DNA of 64,000 nt. It comes from an uncultured bacterium. GTDB lineage: Bacteria; Acidobacteriota; HRBIN11; JAKEFK01. Below the pieces are notes generated by a model, which did no database searches, was not told where the DNA came from, and saw nothing but the letters and a program-made list of their open reading frames with translations. The first letter of the stretch is position 1, and each line of letters starts with the position of its first letter. Positions 60,104 to 64,000 of this stretch are shown here, one piece after another. The position numbers were made by a program, and so were the translations under genes. The stretch lies in NCBI GenBank assembly GCA_963777505.1, contig CAVZQN010000004.1, positions 1,504,001 to 1,568,000 of the forward strand. The letters are read 5' to 3'.

Positions 60104-60904
60104 ATGAAAATCGCGCTTCTTCTTTGTTTCCTTCTTGCTGTCAGCAGCGTTGGAGCAGTGAGTGTTGACCAAATTGGGAAGCTGGCTGAATTAAAAACAA
60201 AAGATGATTTAATCCTCGAACTTGTCCAAAGGGAGGGATTGGATCGCTCTTTGACCGCTGAAGATATTATTTTGCTGCGGGAAAAAGGTGTCAGTGAACG
60301 TGTCATTGAATATCTAATGAATCTTTCGCCAAGTGAAAGCAAAATAATGCCGAAACAAGAAGGAGAATCCGTTTACATCACGAAGGACCTTCGTGCTTTT
60401 CAAACAAGAGACAAGAAAGGCAAACCGATTCTAATGGTTACCAACCTGGATGAAAACGGCAAAAGAATGGGGCCACCGCCGCCGCCTAATCCTGAACCGG
60501 AAGTTGTTCGCGAAACAGCACCGCCTTCCCGTGAAGTACTCGTTACTGTTCGGCACGAAGAACCGCAACGATATGAAGACGATGAGGAATATCAAGAAGA
60601 CCCATATTATGATTCTGGAATTCCTTTATATCCGGAATACGGCGGAGGTTATTATCCGTACTATCCATATTATCCGGTAAAGCCGGATCATCGCCGTCGC
60701 GAGAAATTCGGACGTGATCATTACAATTACGACAAACCGTGGGGCGCTCCTGCCGCGAGGAATTCACAATCAAGATCAAATAATCATTCAGGAACACAAA
60801 ATCGTTTTCAACCGATGAACAATTCACGACCACAAAATCACACACGAACACAGACGGTTGCGCCTAAATCTCCGAGCGCAGGTACAAGTTCACGACACAA
60901 GTGA
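60104..60904 (+). CDS. Exported hypothetical protein with Pro/Tyr-rich disordered C-terminus
   Basis: Signal peptide, LTAEDIILLREKGVSERVI helical motif, YYPYYPYYP. Confidence 0.7.
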   Translation: MKIALLLCFLLAVSSVGAVSVDQIGKLAELKTKDDLILELVQREGLDRSLTAEDIILLREKGVSERVIEYLMNLSPSESKIMPKQEGESVYITKDLRAFQTRDKKGKPILMVTNLDENGKRMGPPPPPNPEPEVVRETAPPSREVLVTVRHEEPQRYEDDEEYQEDPYYDSGIPLYPEYGGGYYPYYPYYPVKPDHRRREKFGRDHYNYDKPWGAPAARNSQSRSNNHSGTQNRFQPMNNSRPQNHTRTQTVAPKSPSAGTSSRHK

Positions 60905-62181
60905 TAGACTCATCACTTTTTCTTGTTCTTGCTCTTATTGCTCTCGCATTCCAAACCCTTACACTCTACCTCTTTCTTTTTGAACCAGGACTCGAATATC
61001 GAATTGCCCGAAGGCCTAAAATGTCGTCGGCACCAGAAGATTGTTTCCCTGTGCTTGAAGCTTTAAGCAGCTCGCCTACATATAAGAAGAACAAGATCGA
61101 AGTGCTGACGAATGGTGATTCTTACTATGAGGCGGAACTTGATGCTATCCAAAAAGCAAAACACAGCATCCATCTTGAAGCATACATTTTTAATAAGGGT
61201 AAATTAACGAAGCGGTTCTTGAAAGTACTAACAGAAAGAGCAAAAGCGGGAGTCGCAGTGAGAGTCGTTGTGGATGCAATCGGTAATTTCCTTACACCGA
61301 ATAGCTATTTTGACGAACTAAAAAAAGCTGGCGGTAAAGTTGAATGGTATCATCCGTTTCGACTTCATTTAATACCAAGATTAAACAATCGTACGCATCG
61401 CGAGCTTATTATTGTGGATGGTAAAGTTGGTTTTATGGGTGGCTCAGGTTTTGCCGATCAATGGGCTTACGGAAAGCGCGGCCATCCAAAGTGGCGGGAT
61501 ACCATGGTGCGAGTAGAGGGTCCAGCGGTACGCGGGCTTCAATCGACATTTACCGAGAACTGGCTCGAATCTTCGGGTGAAATTATCACATGTAAAGAAT
61601 GTTTTCCGGTATTGGAAGCAAAAGGTGATGTTACTGCTCTTGTTGTGGACAGTTCGCCATCGGCAGGACGTTCAACTAGATCGCGTGTTATTTTTCAGGC
61701 TGTGTTGGCGTGCGCTTCAAAGAGTGTCTGTATCGCAACACCTTATTTTTTACCTGATGCAGGTGCACGAAAAGAAATGATCGATGGCGTGAATCGTGGT
61801 GTGAAGATTCGGATTATTACGCCCGGGCACAAATCGGATCATCTTTTGACAAGACATTCCAGCAGGCGTCTTTATGGCGATTTGTTGAAAGCAGGCGTAC
61901 GCATTTTTGAGTATCAACCAACGATGATGCATGCAAAAATCATGATTATCGATGATCTCTGCAGCGTTGTTGGTTCGACAAATTTTGATAATCGATCATT
62001 TGGTCTAAATGATGAAACAAACCTGATTGGATTTGATAAAGCTTTTGCCGCGCGTTTGATGGAAGACTTCGAAAAAGATGTTGAAAATAGCGAAGAAATC
62101 ACTTTAGAGGAATGGAAAAATCGATCTATAGCTGAGAAAGTAGTTGAAAATGCTGGCAGGATCTTAGAAAGGCAGCAATGA
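60901..62181 (+). CDS. cls: Cardiolipin synthase-like phospholipase D
   Basis: NNRTHRELIIVDG and MHAKIMIIDD HKD-type motifs, WRDT, TPYFLP, GSTNFDNRSF. Confidence 0.88.
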   Translation: MIDSSLFLVLALIALAFQTLTLYLFLFEPGLEYRIARRPKMSSAPEDCFPVLEALSSSPTYKKNKIEVLTNGDSYYEAELDAIQKAKHSIHLEAYIFNKGKLTKRFLKVLTERAKAGVAVRVVVDAIGNFLTPNSYFDELKKAGGKVEWYHPFRLHLIPRLNNRTHRELIIVDGKVGFMGGSGFADQWAYGKRGHPKWRDTMVRVEGPAVRGLQSTFTENWLESSGEIITCKECFPVLEAKGDVTALVVDSSPSAGRSTRSRVIFQAVLACASKSVCIATPYFLPDAGARKEMIDGVNRGVKIRIITPGHKSDHLLTRHSSRRLYGDLLKAGVRIFEYQPTMMHAKIMIIDDLCSVVGSTNFDNRSFGLNDETNLIGFDKAFAARLMEDFEKDVENSEEITLEEWKNRSIAEKVVENAGRILERQQ

Positions 62182-62933
62182 AATCCGGAATATCGAAACC
62201 ATTACACGTTGTGACATACAACATCCATAAGGCTCGTGGACTGGATGGTAGAACGCGGCCGGATCGTATTGCCAATGTACTTAAAAAGTTGAATGCTGAC
62301 GTCATTGCGCTACAGGAAGTTGTAAGCATGGCCGACAAGAATCCAGAAGAGAATCAGGCTGAGTACATTGCTCATGAGCTTGGCATGAGTTATTGCTGCG
62401 GCGAAAATCGCAAACATAAAGGCGGAAGTTATGGCAACGTAATTCTGAGCCGGCTTCCAATTGTGAATTACAAAAATCACGATTTAAGCGTTCATGGCCG
62501 CGAAAGACGCGGCGTCTTGCGCGCTGATTTGGAATTTGAACAGTCTTTGCTACATGTATTTAATGTTCATCTCGGTACCGCATTTCTGGAACGACGAAGT
62601 CAAGCCCGCAGGTTACTTACATCTACAATTTTGTTGGATGAACAATTGATCGGTACGCGTCTTCTATTAGGCGATTTTAACGAGTGGACTCGCGGATTGG
62701 TTTCAAAAATGCTTTCTGAACGGATGGCAGCTGTCGATGTTAAAAAACATCTAAAACGATCAAAGACGTATCCGGGAATCCTTCCATTTCTACATCTGGA
62801 TCATATTTATCACGATCCGCCACTCAAGGTGAAGAATCTCAAAGTTGAAAGGAGTCGAGAGACACTGATTGCATCCGATCATTTGCCTCTGTCTGCAGAA
62901 TTTGTAATCGAACAAGTTGTGGCAGGAAAGTAA
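62178..62933 (+). CDS. Endonuclease/exonuclease/phosphatase family protein (YbhP-like)
   Basis: TYNIHK, ALQEV, GDFNEW, LDHIY, SDHLP. Confidence 0.9.
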   Translation: MKSGISKPLHVVTYNIHKARGLDGRTRPDRIANVLKKLNADVIALQEVVSMADKNPEENQAEYIAHELGMSYCCGENRKHKGGSYGNVILSRLPIVNYKNHDLSVHGRERRGVLRADLEFEQSLLHVFNVHLGTAFLERRSQARRLLTSTILLDEQLIGTRLLLGDFNEWTRGLVSKMLSERMAAVDVKKHLKRSKTYPGILPFLHLDHIYHDPPLKVKNLKVERSRETLIASDHLPLSAEFVIEQVVAGK

Positions 62934-62953
62934 CGCCGGTGCCTCGCCAGCCT

Positions 62954-64000
62954 TCACTCGTATCGCAAGGCGATGTTGGGATCGACCTGGGTTGCTTTGC
63001 GCGCAGGAATATAGCTCGCTGATATTGCAACGGCTCCAAGTAAGAAGGAAATCAAGATATACGTCACCGGATCCGTTGGGCTCACTTCAAAGAGTAAGCT
63101 TGTCACGAACCGGGTCAATAGTGCGGCACACACAATACCGATCGTTAGTCCGATTGCTGTAAGAACAACACTCTGACCAACAACCAGCTTTAAGATTTCA
63201 CTTTTACGCGCGCCAAGAACCATACGAAGCCCAATTTCGTGAACACGTTGTGCAACAGAGTAAGAAATCACACCATAGATTCCAACTGCAGCCAGCAACA
63301 ATGCAACGAAAGCAAAAATGGCCAGCAGGATCGTTGTAAATCGAGGCTCAGCCATGGATTTTGAAACAACCTCTTCCATTGTTTTGACCGTTGCTAATGG
63401 AAGATTGCGATCCATCGATTGAATATCTGACTTAATAATGCCTAAGAGCTGCGAAGGGTTCGATCGGGTTCGAACAATTAGGGTGCCCATTCTTATCGAT
63501 GCAAACGGGACATCAATCAGCGGAAAATACATTTGAGACTCAGGGCTCTGGCTGAGATTTGAGTTTTTCACATCCCCAACTACACCAACGATTTCTCTCC
63601 AAATCTGTGGTCCAAGGTTAACATTGATCCGTTTTCCAATCGGATCAACATCAGGCCAGTATTTGCGTGCCATCGTTTCATTGATAATCACGGCTCCTTC
63701 TGATTTTTCTTGATCTTGTTTTAAGAAAAATCTCCCGTTGCGTAGCGGAATTTTCAAGGTTCGGAAATAATCCTCACTAACGAGATTATAGAAAGCGCTA
63801 TGAATGTCATTGGTTTTGCCTTCAAGTTCGAACCCCCAATTACTGTCGGAATTATATAAAGGCAAAAAGACGGCTTGAGCTGCAGATTCAACTTCATTTA
63901 GTGATTTGATGCGATCCAGTAATTGCGTATAAAACGCTGCAGCATCCGAAGTTCTGGGATAACGAGTCTCCGGTAAATCAAACCGGACCATCAAAATATT
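62954..64000 (-). CDS. ABC transporter permease, ADOP/MacB-like (C-terminal part; 5' end outside window)
   Basis: GIYGVISYSVAQRVHEIGLRMVLGA, IPARKATQVDPNIALRYE. Confidence 0.92.
   Translation of the reverse strand, partial: NILMVRFDLPETRYPRTSDAAAFYTQLLDRIKSLNEVESAAQAVFLPLYNSDSNWGFELEGKTNDIHSAFYNLVSEDYFRTLKIPLRNGRFFLKQDQEKSEGAVIINETMARKYWPDVDPIGKRINVNLGPQIWREIVGVVGDVKNSNLSQSPESQMYFPLIDVPFASIRMGTLIVRTRSNPSQLLGIIKSDIQSMDRNLPLATVKTMEEVVSKSMAEPRFTTILLAIFAFVALLLAAVGIYGVISYSVAQRVHEIGLRMVLGARKSEILKLVVGQSVVLTAIGLTIGIVCAALLTRFVTSLLFEVSPTDPVTYILISFLLGAVAISASYIPARKATQVDPNIALRYE

Overview
Bacterial chromosomal window, densely coding and mostly housekeeping. It is probably from an Acidobacteriota-like Gram-negative, inferred from the ADOP-type permease, LptD/TamAB and TPR-kinases. 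Left to right: GH63-like glucosidase (partial), DUF502, an exported TPR protein plus a membrane Ser/Thr kinase, then a minus-strand block lptD-rfbA-rfbB-rfbD-two Gmd/Rmd-like SDRs-FLDH-like SDR-prenol kinase/DUF92 fusion. Next come tatD, fur with two Fur boxes, an HNH nuclease behind a promoter/leader-ORF/terminator, pgsA, yceD-rpmF-plsX-fabD-fabG-acpP-fabF-etfBA, and tamB-tamA-surA-like. These are followed by rplU-rpmA-obgE-nadD-rsfS-(degenerate sigma-54 activator)-rlmH-dksA-lapB-like-comF, tRNA-Gly, bactofilin, ALDH, LipM-like, a pseudokinase, metB-like, PGM, ftsB, tRNA-fMet, an amidohydrolase, mtnP-pfkB, cls-EEP and a partial ADOP permease. Five genes carry six apparent +1 frameshifts, probably sequencing or assembly insertions. 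Intergenic spaces hold several short repeat families. I saw no CRISPR array, transposase, integrase or rRNA. Best leads: (1) a candidate bacterial prenol salvage module (FLDH-like + VTE5/VTE6-like fusion); (2) an attenuator-like leader before the HNH nuclease and an orphan Fur box; (3) a catalytically degenerate bEBP bracketed by 21-bp inverted repeats inside rsfS-rlmH; (4) a tRNA-fMet with a chimeric-looking T-arm. Family calls rest on recognised motifs, not on database searches.
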